Below, in pieces: positions 50,768 to 58,508 of a DNA stretch of 64,000 bases. Each line of letters opens with the position of its first letter. The first letter of the stretch is position 1. The stretch comes from a virus: the IMG/VR virus record IMGVR_UViG_3300027924_001484, positions 4,166 to 68,165 of that record; one strand, written 5' to 3'. The notes beneath the pieces are model-generated. The model ran no database searches, was not told where the DNA came from, and saw only the letters and a program-made list of their open reading frames with translations. Made by a program: the position numbers and the translations under genes.

Positions 50768-51582
50768 TTTTCTTCCTCTACAAACTCATAGTCAAAAGCC
50801 CAGTGACACGATGTGTTCTTCACGGCGTCAAGGGTCGAAATGTCAATGACCATACCTTCCTTGTAGAATTTGTGGTTTAGGTCTTCAACCGTGTAGGAGT
50901 TCTCGGAACGGTTCTGAAACACTTCTTGAACACGGTTGGCAGGCACATTGAACAGCCTAGATCGCTCAAAGAAACAAACCATCATTTTTGGCAAGATTCC
51001 AACGTTCTGTCTAGCATAGATATCCATCTTGGATTCTAGGTCATTTGGATTCTCAAATTCAAGACCTCGAATAATCTTCTTGATAGTTTTTGTCAGGTAG
51101 ACATTACCGTCCAGTGACATAGGATATCCCCAGTCGCCTTCAGCCTTCGACCAGTCCCACATTGGGAACTTTTCAAGTAACGTTGGAACGTTCTGAAGTG
51201 TGGACGAGGCATAACACACGTTGATGTTTTTATCAAGCCTTAAAGATACACACAAAATCTCTTTTAGAGTTGTAAGAGACTTGACTTGAACATCCTGTTC
51301 TGAGAACGGCATCTTGAACAAGATGTCATCAACCAGGAACATGGTGTGAGTTTGAGCTTCGTCAATACAGCCAATCGTTTGCTGTTTGAAGTTGTCTTCT
51401 GATACCATGTTGACTTCTGGGAACTTGTTCTTGATCTTGGTATAGCCTCCCTTGAATCCCTTGTCACCCTTCCAAATTACAGAAACCAAAGATGAGTCAT
51501 ACTCAGCAAAATTCTTCTTGAGGGACCTGAGAAGAGCATCAAGCTGGCAAGAGCGATTTTTTGAGTAGATGACGATATTCAC
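50764..51582 (-). CDS. Glycosyltransferase, GT-A fold
   Basis: IYSKNRSCQLDALLRSL; MFLVDDILF; WGYPMSLDG; PNDLE. Confidence 0.75.
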   Translation of the reverse strand: MNIVIYSKNRSCQLDALLRSLKKNFAEYDSSLVSVIWKGDKGFKGGYTKIKNKFPEVNMVSEDNFKQQTIGCIDEAQTHTMFLVDDILFKMPFSEQDVQVKSLTTLKEILCVSLRLDKNINVCYASSTLQNVPTLLEKFPMWDWSKAEGDWGYPMSLDGNVYLTKTIKKIIRGLEFENPNDLESKMDIYARQNVGILPKMMVCFFERSRLFNVPANRVQEVFQNRSENSYTVEDLNHKFYKEGMVIDISTLDAVKNTSCHWAFDYEFVEEEK

Positions 51583-52079
51583 TTGTAATCCTTTAGCATA
51601 TCTAATAACTCCATGTCTTGATTGAACGCTATGTCCATATCCAAGATCTCTAGATCTTGACTGTATGCTATGTCAGAAGACATAGATTGAACAAAGTTGT
51701 TTGAGATTTTTTTCAGGTTACTTAGAATAGAATATGGTTGGCAAAGGTTACAAGTTTCTTTGGTTTCATACAGGTCACTAGTTATTACACGAATAGTTGT
51801 ATCTTCAAACAAAACTTCTATAGTGTCGCTCATAAAAACGTCACCATTTCTGTTTGGTATCATTTGCTTTACATCCCAGTCTTTCAAAACCATCACCATT
51901 TGAGGTTCTCCTATAGACCCAGGAATATCTGGCCAGTACCACATAAGGTCACCAGCAAGCAAAGACATATATGGGTCGTTGTTCTGGTGTATCACACTAC
52001 CAGTTTTGTCAGCAGGCATAACAACATAACTGTATGGAATTTCTTCATAGAAACTTGAAGATTTTTTTGTTATGGTCAC
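51579..52079 (-). CDS. GDLxW-domain protein with duplicated capsid-helix-like tail
   Basis: AGDLMWYWP...MVMVLKDW...IEVLFED; tail DIAYSQDLEILDM-DIAFNQDMELLDM. Confidence 0.65.
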   Translation of the reverse strand: MTITKKSSSFYEEIPYSYVVMPADKTGSVIHQNNDPYMSLLAGDLMWYWPDIPGSIGEPQMVMVLKDWDVKQMIPNRNGDVFMSDTIEVLFEDTTIRVITSDLYETKETCNLCQPYSILSNLKKISNNFVQSMSSDIAYSQDLEILDMDIAFNQDMELLDMLKDYK

Positions 52080-52486
52080 TTGCCTTCCTCTTCTTCATTG
52101 TCTGACTGTTTTGTAGAAACTTGGTATTGATTATTCATGTAGGACAAAAGACCAGATGGAAGATTCATTGGACTTACAGAAACAATCTCATTGGCAATCA
52201 TCGAAGGGAATATTTGCCTAACTCCAGGTATGGTAAACCCTGATATTTTCTTTGCTTCGGCTTCTGAATCATATATATGTTTTCTTACAATGCTTATTAC
52301 TTTTTCGTTATGAAGAATACGAACAGTTGTTTCAGGGATGTCTTTGCTAGAATGCCAATCCGAAAGAGTCATGACAATAACAGGGTCTTTCTCTGACATT
52401 GGCCAATACCACATAAGGTCGCCAGCAACAACGTTATTGTATTTGAGTACAGATTTTTTTACTTTCCTTATTACTTCATGAAACAT
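52076..52486 (-). CDS. GDLxW-domain protein with major-capsid (gp23 Gol-like) fragment
   Basis: AGDLMWYWP...; VRQIFPSMIANEIVSVSPMNLPSGLL. Confidence 0.7.
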   Translation of the reverse strand: MFHEVIRKVKKSVLKYNNVVAGDLMWYWPMSEKDPVIVMTLSDWHSSKDIPETTVRILHNEKVISIVRKHIYDSEAEAKKISGFTIPGVRQIFPSMIANEIVSVSPMNLPSGLLSYMNNQYQVSTKQSDNEEEEGK

Positions 52487-52755
52487 CAGAATTTCCTGTT
52501 TGCCGGGGCTCTTCGTGGGTTTGTGAATAGCTTATCTGTAAATAACCATCCATCAATTCCACAACCATTCTTGTTCTTACCTAAGAACTGTGGAAGTACG
52601 TAGCCAACTTTCTCTTCGCATAGAACTTTGTAACAAGGTTCGTTGTGCTTGCTTTGGCTGACAAATTCTAGCACTAAAACCATTATTGGCTTTTCAAACT
52701 GAAAATTGTGATACCACAACAAGTCACCTGGCTTATGTTTTGCTGATTGTTTCAT
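52486..52755 (-). CDS. GDLxW-domain protein
   Basis: PGDLLWYH...PIMVLVLE...YKVLCEEKV. Confidence 0.65.
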   Translation of the reverse strand: MKQSAKHKPGDLLWYHNFQFEKPIMVLVLEFVSQSKHNEPCYKVLCEEKVGYVLPQFLGKNKNGCGIDGWLFTDKLFTNPRRAPANRKF

Positions 52756-53155
52756 AGTTATTAGCTAACAACGTTGTTGTATTTCCAACCGTTGGAAACT
52801 TTTCTATTGAAATTGTATTAGAAGTAAATGTTGTTGGTGGGTTGCTTACAATATGAGTTACACTGGTAAACGTTTGTTGCATCGTTTGTATTGGTGGGAA
52901 AGAAATAAACGGAATGGAAAAATGTCGCTTACAGCTGTTTTTGTATTTGGATAGATACATCCTATCAATTGTTTTTCTTTGCTCTTGATCAAGAACAAGG
53001 ACAGGCTTGTTAAAAGCTCCTAAAGGCCAGTTTAACTTAAAGTCTTCTAGAACCATAACCATGTTTGGTTCAGGCAAATCACTGTCCCAGTGCCACATCA
53101 AGTCTCCAGCTTTGAGATTTTTTGAAATTGGTCTTGGTGATTTTTTCTTTTTCAT
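52733..53155 (-). CDS. GDLxW-domain protein with Thr-rich tail
   Basis: AGDLMWHW...PNMVMVLED...VLVLDQE; start moved to MKKKK. Confidence 0.6.
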   Translation of the reverse strand: MKKKKSPRPISKNLKAGDLMWHWDSDLPEPNMVMVLEDFKLNWPLGAFNKPVLVLDQEQRKTIDRMYLSKYKNSCKRHFSIPFISFPPIQTMQQTFTSVTHIVSNPPTTFTSNTISIEKFPTVGNTTTLLANNYETISKT

Positions 53156-53157
53156 TT

Positions 53158-53403
53158 TCAAAACCTTACGGCTGCTTGTGCCATTAGTTCGTTTGGATCT
53201 TTTTTGCATGTGTCTATGTTGTGTGATAAGAAGCGTCTGTATACAGTATACACTTTTGTGTCATATAGTATCTTTATTCTGCTCCATCCAAATATTTTGA
53301 AGTTTTCATGACATGGCACAACATCTACAACAAAGACTTGTATTGGGTATTTCAAGAATTTATTTGAGTACCAAACCAAATCTCCTATTTCAACTGGATT
53401 CAT
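53158..53403 (-). CDS. GDLxW-domain protein
   Basis: IGDLVWYS...PIQVFVVD...IKILYDTKV. Confidence 0.65.
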   Translation of the reverse strand: MNPVEIGDLVWYSNKFLKYPIQVFVVDVVPCHENFKIFGWSRIKILYDTKVYTVYRRFLSHNIDTCKKDPNELMAQAAVRF

Positions 53404-54467
53404 ATGTATTGCTGCGTTTCAGTGTACTTCCATAGAAAGCCACCAGTTTGGCTTATTGTGCCTTTGCAAGCTTTGTGAATATTAGAATCATATATGCCAA
53501 GTTCCCTTGCAGCAAGAATAACACTTTCGTAATTTTTAATAAACTCACCACTTAAAGAAAATTGAGAAACTGATCTTAGTGGTTTGATTGCTGCTTTTCC
53601 TTTTTTACTTTCTGACATCCTGCGTTTTGATTCTTCTGAATGTACTTTTTTTCCTAATTTTGATTTCGACATTTTCTTTCTATACTCTTCGGTCCTTGGA
53701 GGTAGTTTTTTACCTGTTCGGATTTTGGACAATTTTTGTCGTGTTTCAAGAGATGCCTTTGTGCCAAGTTTAGCTTCTCTCATTTTTTGTCTGGTTTCTT
53801 TGGATGTAACTCTGCATTTGGCTTCTTCTGTTTTCTTTTGTCTGTATTTTGGATTCTCCCAAAGAGACTTACTCCACTTAGAAAGTCTATTCCTCTCTTT
53901 TGTGGTATATCGTGAATCATAATACTTTTTTCTAGTTTCCTCGCTCCATTTTGATCCTCGTCGGGCAGCAGCAGCCTTTTCAATTTCTTCTGGCGTTCGT
54001 TTAATTCCAGTAAATTTTTGTCTTAGGTTTTCTTTGGCTTCATCTGTTTGAGCCCAAGCTTCAACTCCATATCTTTCCAAACAAGTTTCTTTGCGTTTTT
54101 TTTGAGTTTCTTCTGGGTTGTTTGAACAACATGACCTTGGCACCGCCTTGGACTGTTTCTTGAAGTTGTAACAATTCTCCCAAGATTCTTGATAAGAATC
54201 TAGGTGCTTCTGCTCAACAAGAAGTCTATCTGTTTGTTCTCCCTCAACAACTTCTAAAACTTCAAAAATGAAAGCGCCCGAACCATCTCTGTTAAAAGCA
54301 CCTTGCAGGTGCTTGTTGTGGTGGGTGCCCTTGCTGAGAGAGTTCAGATGATGTGCAAACCTTGATTTGAATCGCTTGGCAGAGCCAATGTAGACCTTTC
54401 CATTGATAAGGTTTCTTATTTGATAGATGCCCGACTTACGAGAATGACCATTGTAGTTTGTATTCAT
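53400..54467 (-). CDS. GIY-YIG homing endonuclease with NUMOD3 repeats and C-terminal NUMOD1
   Basis: SGIYQIRNLINGKVYIGSA; HSEESKRRMSESKKG; VSQFSLSGEFIKNYES...AAREL...GGFLWKY; start MNTNY at 54467. Confidence 0.92.
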   Translation of the reverse strand: MNTNYNGHSRKSGIYQIRNLINGKVYIGSAKRFKSRFAHHLNSLSKGTHHNKHLQGAFNRDGSGAFIFEVLEVVEGEQTDRLLVEQKHLDSYQESWENCYNFKKQSKAVPRSCCSNNPEETQKKRKETCLERYGVEAWAQTDEAKENLRQKFTGIKRTPEEIEKAAAARRGSKWSEETRKKYYDSRYTTKERNRLSKWSKSLWENPKYRQKKTEEAKCRVTSKETRQKMREAKLGTKASLETRQKLSKIRTGKKLPPRTEEYRKKMSKSKLGKKVHSEESKRRMSESKKGKAAIKPLRSVSQFSLSGEFIKNYESVILAARELGIYDSNIHKACKGTISQTGGFLWKYTETQQYI

Positions 54468-54472
54468 GCAAG

Positions 54473-54499
54473 TAAGTATATAGTAGGGCACGTAATTTC
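54473..54499 (-). promoter_or_regulatory. Putative leaderless late promoter of the GIY-YIG gene
   Basis: GAAATTACGTGCCCTACTAT-ATACTTA-N5-ATG. Confidence 0.6.
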
Positions 54500-54501
54500 C
54501 G

Positions 54502-55224
54502 CTATTTTGCCTCCAACCAAGCTCCATTTGTAGATGTCCCGCGTCTATAACAATACATAGGAGCCAACAACACACTTGTTTTCTGTAGAAGTAAAGTCAT
54601 GCGCGTGTTGTGGTCTGAGTCTTCTGCAACCTGAACTCTAAGTCCCATGTTTCCAGGAAGAAACTTCATACCCATTTGCCAGTGCTGTTTATAAAACAAC
54701 GAAGAAGCTCCATGAGCTTCTATGTTTCCTAGACTATAGTGATTGACTCCAGGAGTCTTCCAGCCTTTGTGAACTCTTGTTAGGACTTCCTTGTGTCCAA
54801 GGATATTAGACATGTTTGAGTACATTTCTGTTTCTGCCTTGTCTATATCTTCTTGATTCCAACAGTGAGTAAACAAACAAAGATTGTGATATGAATCTGT
54901 TTTCTTTAAGGCATCTAGCTGCCATTCTAAGCGTTGTTTACAAGAGGAGTCATCTGCGTCCTGCAAAGTAATCAAAGAGCCTCTAGCAGCCTCACAGGCA
55001 ACGTTAAGGGCATTCCACTTACCTTTGTTGGTTGGCAACCTTATGACTTTGTGTCCACGACCTTCAAAGTCTTTTAAGTGAACTTCTGAGTCATCTGTAG
55101 AGCAGTCATCAACTATGATAATCTCAATATCTTTGTGAGTCTGATTTTCAATTGCTCTAACAGCTTGTTGAATATACTGACTATGATTGTAGTTAGTTAC
55201 TATTACAGAAACAAGAGTCATCAC
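54502..55224 (-). CDS. Glycosyltransferase, GT2
   Basis: VSVIVTNYN; IIVDDCSTD; NKGKWNALN; LQDADD; AEDSD. Confidence 0.92.
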   Translation of the reverse strand: MMTLVSVIVTNYNHSQYIQQAVRAIENQTHKDIEIIIVDDCSTDDSEVHLKDFEGRGHKVIRLPTNKGKWNALNVACEAARGSLITLQDADDSSCKQRLEWQLDALKKTDSYHNLCLFTHCWNQEDIDKAETEMYSNMSNILGHKEVLTRVHKGWKTPGVNHYSLGNIEAHGASSLFYKQHWQMGMKFLPGNMGLRVQVAEDSDHNTRMTLLLQKTSVLLAPMYCYRRGTSTNGAWLEAK

Positions 55225-55547
55225 TTAAATCCAATTGTTTCTAATGAACAAGAATGAGCTGGAATTATGTCTTGTTGACAGTAACGTTGTTCTCGTCTTA
55301 TTGGTGAACGCTTTTGTGTCTTAGTTTCAACTGTTTGACAGACTGGTTCATTTGGATCATATCCAGGTCTTGGAACGAAGAATATTGAAGAATCTTCACC
55401 TGCTAAGTCTTTTGGTGAATTAGTTACCTTTGTAAACACAAGATTAAGGTGTTCCTTAATCATAAGGATTTGTTTTTTTGAAAGTGTGTCTGCTTCTGTC
55501 ATTTCAAAGAAACCCTGTAGCCAATAGCAAAATTGTTCTTCATTCAT
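55221..55547 (-). CDS. Hypothetical phage protein
   Basis: EQFCYWLQGFFEM...IKEHLNLVFTKVT, a recurrent small phage family. Confidence 0.65.
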   Translation of the reverse strand: MNEEQFCYWLQGFFEMTEADTLSKKQILMIKEHLNLVFTKVTNSPKDLAGEDSSIFFVPRPGYDPNEPVCQTVETKTQKRSPIRREQRYCQQDIIPAHSCSLETIGFK

Positions 55548-55548
55548 A

Positions 55549-56205
55549 TTATTTTATCTTTCTGTTTTTAGATACATATAAAGTATCCTTGTGATATAAC
55601 CATGATTTAAACAAGGCGTCTCCAGATTTTGACACAGGACCAGACCTTGAAGTATACTGTGCAAAATCTAAATACGCACGATTGCAAAATGTCATTAGTC
55701 TTTCTCCAACTATGAACTTTAGGTGAACCATCTCTGGTGCTGGAGCAAAATCTAAGTCTGCACAAATAGTTTTACTTGGCTTCATAAGTTCTTTTCCAAC
55801 ATACATGACCAACTGAGGTTCACAATCAAAAATTCTAAAATCTTCATGCACTATAGCTCTAGGTATGGTTCTATACTTGCTATCTAAACTGCAAAGAGTA
55901 TCCATTTCTCCTGGCTGAACCTCTCTAAAGTGCTTGTAAATTTTACTCTTTTTTAAATCTGGTTGTTTGTTATAGTGTGACCAATCTTTTGGAAAGATAT
56001 TATTGGATCTAACAAACTCTCCATCTACGTAATATGGATAGTACCCCGAACCATATTCTTCAATTTCTTTTCTATCTTTGTTCCAAATTACTTCTTTGCC
56101 AACAAAGTTAGAACCAATACTCATGCTTGGGTGTGCCAAACAAATAGACTTGTCCCCATCTTGAATAGGAACCCAGTCAAACATTTCCTTTTTGTAAATT
56201 GGCAT
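55549..56205 (-). CDS. Hypothetical protein
   Basis: 218-aa ORF in operon order. Confidence 0.6.
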   Translation of the reverse strand: MPIYKKEMFDWVPIQDGDKSICLAHPSMSIGSNFVGKEVIWNKDRKEIEEYGSGYYPYYVDGEFVRSNNIFPKDWSHYNKQPDLKKSKIYKHFREVQPGEMDTLCSLDSKYRTIPRAIVHEDFRIFDCEPQLVMYVGKELMKPSKTICADLDFAPAPEMVHLKFIVGERLMTFCNRAYLDFAQYTSRSGPVSKSGDALFKSWLYHKDTLYVSKNRKIK

Positions 56206-56442
56206 CTAACTTTCTTTCACGTTCCAAGATGCAATATGTTTTTTGACTTTGTCAAAGTCATCACACAACAGAGACTTATCATACTCTTTTACAGATTCAT
56301 CTTGTAATACTATAACATAGTTCTCAAAGACTTTCAACACAAAAAGAGCAGCAGGTTCTAGCTCATCAGTTTCAGGAATATACTTTGCAAAGTATACGAA
56401 ATTCCCAGGAACTATTTCTTTTTTGAAATCGGACTTGTCCAT
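56206..56442 (-). CDS. Small hypothetical protein, possibly a divergent GDLxW member
   Basis: VPGNFVYF...LFVLKV...VIVLQDESV. Confidence 0.5.
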   Translation of the reverse strand: MDKSDFKKEIVPGNFVYFAKYIPETDELEPAALFVLKVFENYVIVLQDESVKEYDKSLLCDDFDKVKKHIASWNVKES

Positions 56443-57452
56443 GTGTTAATCAATTCAGGCACTGGTTGATTTATACGAACAGAAGGAGTCGTTGTGTAGT
56501 CCCACTTCTTGTGGAAGATATGTCCACCAGTATTCTCTTCAATGATTTTTGAATACAGTTTGATTTGACTGTTAGTTACTGTATCAAGAGACTGTTCAAA
56601 GAATGGGTTCCATGTAGAGTCATCTCTCTTCTCATTGTATAGGCTTAGCCACTGTGAGTTCCATGTGTGTTTGAATTTCTTGATCTTCTCATACACAGAC
56701 CACCAAGAAAAATGATAAACGGTTGGTAGTTCCACAACGCACTTGTTGAACCACTGTTCATACAAAGCAAGGCTATTGCCATCGCCCATAAGAGACTGTC
56801 TTCTAACCTGGTCAACCTCGTTAGTCATAAAATGGATACAAGGCACTACATCTCCAGAGTCCTTGTAGATGTAGTCACATCCGTCCGTTCCTTGTTTGGC
56901 AAACAGAAATTCTTCATCTCCATAACCTTGAACCTTTTCCCATTTTCTAAGATGACGAGGAATGCCGTGTGTGATGTTTGGGTCATTCTTTGAAATTCGC
57001 CATTTCCACGGGTTTACATCAACTCGAACTTTTCCATCAGAGCCCCAGTACTCAACAACTGGCAAAGCCAAAAGCGAACCAGAACCTGGGTCTTTCATTG
57101 TCTTGCCAAGAACTGCCTCAAGCAGTGGTCTAATTCCAGACTGTACTATTTCATCAGAATCCATTTGCCACAGGTAGTCTCCTGTACACTGAGCACGGGC
57201 TACGGCTTTCATCTTGCCATCCCAAATACCATGATTTGGTACAGAGTAGTCTACATCCACATGCACAACATGAAGGTTGTCATATTTCTCCATGAGGTCT
57301 TCTAGAACTTCTTGCGTGTTATCAGCCTTGTGATCCGTTGAGTCTGCCACAACTACTTCATCACAAAACGTCAACATAGATTTGATACACTCAACAAACG
57401 GGTAGTTCATTTCCACGCAGTTACGTGTTGTCATGTAACCAGAAATTTTCAT
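56412..57452 (-). CDS. Glycosyltransferase, GT2/GT-A
   Basis: KISGYMTTRN...YPF...FCDEVVVAD; ARAQCTGDYLWQMDSDE. Confidence 0.88.
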   Translation of the reverse strand: MKISGYMTTRNCVEMNYPFVECIKSMLTFCDEVVVADSTDHKADNTQEVLEDLMEKYDNLHVVHVDVDYSVPNHGIWDGKMKAVARAQCTGDYLWQMDSDEIVQSGIRPLLEAVLGKTMKDPGSGSLLALPVVEYWGSDGKVRVDVNPWKWRISKNDPNITHGIPRHLRKWEKVQGYGDEEFLFAKQGTDGCDYIYKDSGDVVPCIHFMTNEVDQVRRQSLMGDGNSLALYEQWFNKCVVELPTVYHFSWWSVYEKIKKFKHTWNSQWLSLYNEKRDDSTWNPFFEQSLDTVTNSQIKLYSKIIEENTGGHIFHKKWDYTTTPSVRINQPVPELINTWTSPISKKK

Positions 57453-57823
57453 AATTCATCATCCTTCCATGAAGTAAATAATTCAGGTGGTTTTATTCCA
57501 AAAATATTTGAATATGTAGCATACACCGACGTTGTTATTAGATTTGATTTTCGTAACACAAATACATGTGGTTGCATAGGCATACCGTTTACAGTTACTT
57601 GTGCTAGCCCAATCATAAACAAGTCATCACATTCAAAACAAGTATGCCAAGATACTACATTTATGATGGGATCAAAAGTATATAGCTGACCAGTTGCATC
57701 AGGTTTTGGCTTCTTCGGCATAAGTAAAATACTGTCATACTCAAATCTTAGCCACCAAAACTTGGTACAGTTGTTGAAGATGACTGTTCTTGAATGGTCT
57801 ATCAATCCTTCAGGCAGTTTCAC
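57449..57823 (-). CDS. SWKDDxL paralog 3, hypothetical
   Basis: FNNCTKFWWLR...NLIT...SWKDDEL. Confidence 0.6.
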   Translation of the reverse strand: MKLPEGLIDHSRTVIFNNCTKFWWLRFEYDSILLMPKKPKPDATGQLYTFDPIINVVSWHTCFECDDLFMIGLAQVTVNGMPMQPHVFVLRKSNLITTSVYATYSNIFGIKPPELFTSWKDDEL

Positions 57824-58164
57824 AAAACATCATCCTTCCACGATTCCACTACAGCAACCTTGGTGGTTGGACCCCAACATGAAAACAAGCGAACACTATC
57901 TGTAATGAGTTTACTTGGGTCTAAAACAATGACTGATTCTCTTGTTGCCTGTGGTATGATATAGATGTCCCGAATATGTTGAATTGAATCCCAGTAAACT
58001 CCATATTGATCAACATCTCTATTGTTGATTGCATACTGATTGTCTTCGTCTATTTCCGGCTTGAAATCAAAAATAACGATTTGATTTCTCTCTGTTCGCA
58101 TCCACCAACTGTCGGTTTTGTTGTCTATGGCAGGAACACGCCTGGTGACTGTCTCAGTCCTCAT
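57820..58164 (-). CDS. SWKDDxL paralog 2, hypothetical
   Basis: IDNKTDSWWMRTERNQIVIF...KLIT...SWKDDVL. Confidence 0.6.
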   Translation of the reverse strand: MRTETVTRRVPAIDNKTDSWWMRTERNQIVIFDFKPEIDEDNQYAINNRDVDQYGVYWDSIQHIRDIYIIPQATRESVIVLDPSKLITDSVRLFSCWGPTTKVAVVESWKDDVL

Positions 58165-58502
58165 AGTTTATCATCTTTCCACGATCTGTGCCAGATACCA
58201 TCAGAAGAACCCCAAGATGGTTGGCAAAACACATCTTCTTGTATTAGATGGTCTATAGACAAAACAAAAACTGTTGAGACGCCTGGCATAATGAGTACAT
58301 TGTCTTTTTCGACAAGGTAGAGCCAATCAACGGATTCGCGACTATAACTTGGGTAGGTCACTATTAACCCTTTTGAGTTTCTTTCCAAGTTCTCGTTAAA
58401 AATAACGATTTCATTCTTATCAGTTCTAATCCAAAAATTTCTTGATGAATTGTTAATTGATGTATTGTACTTTGGTGGCGGCGGTCTTTTGTAAGAAGTC
58501 AT
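58161..58502 (-). CDS. SWKDDxL paralog 1, hypothetical
   Basis: INNSSRNFWIRTDKNEIVIF...HLIQ...SWKDDKL. Confidence 0.6.
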   Translation of the reverse strand: MTSYKRPPPPKYNTSINNSSRNFWIRTDKNEIVIFNENLERNSKGLIVTYPSYSRESVDWLYLVEKDNVLIMPGVSTVFVLSIDHLIQEDVFCQPSWGSSDGIWHRSWKDDKL

Positions 58503-58508
58503 ATTGTG

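Noticed and set aside
54468..54575. N-terminal extensions in the ORF track (also 50034-50195, 53156-53209, 63299-63319)
   Set aside because: They overlap upstream genes; downstream starts fit SD, ATGA coupling or the promoter motif better
55840..55880. YRTIPRAIVHED as another Gol-like fragment
   Set aside because: Similarity too short; lacks the V.PM..P.G half
57449..57472. C-terminal KDDEL as an ER-retention signal, and basic tracts as NLSs (eukaryotic virus)
   Set aside because: SD sites, overlapping operons, a sigma factor and a contractile baseplate indicate a prokaryotic virus; paralogs end DVL and DKL
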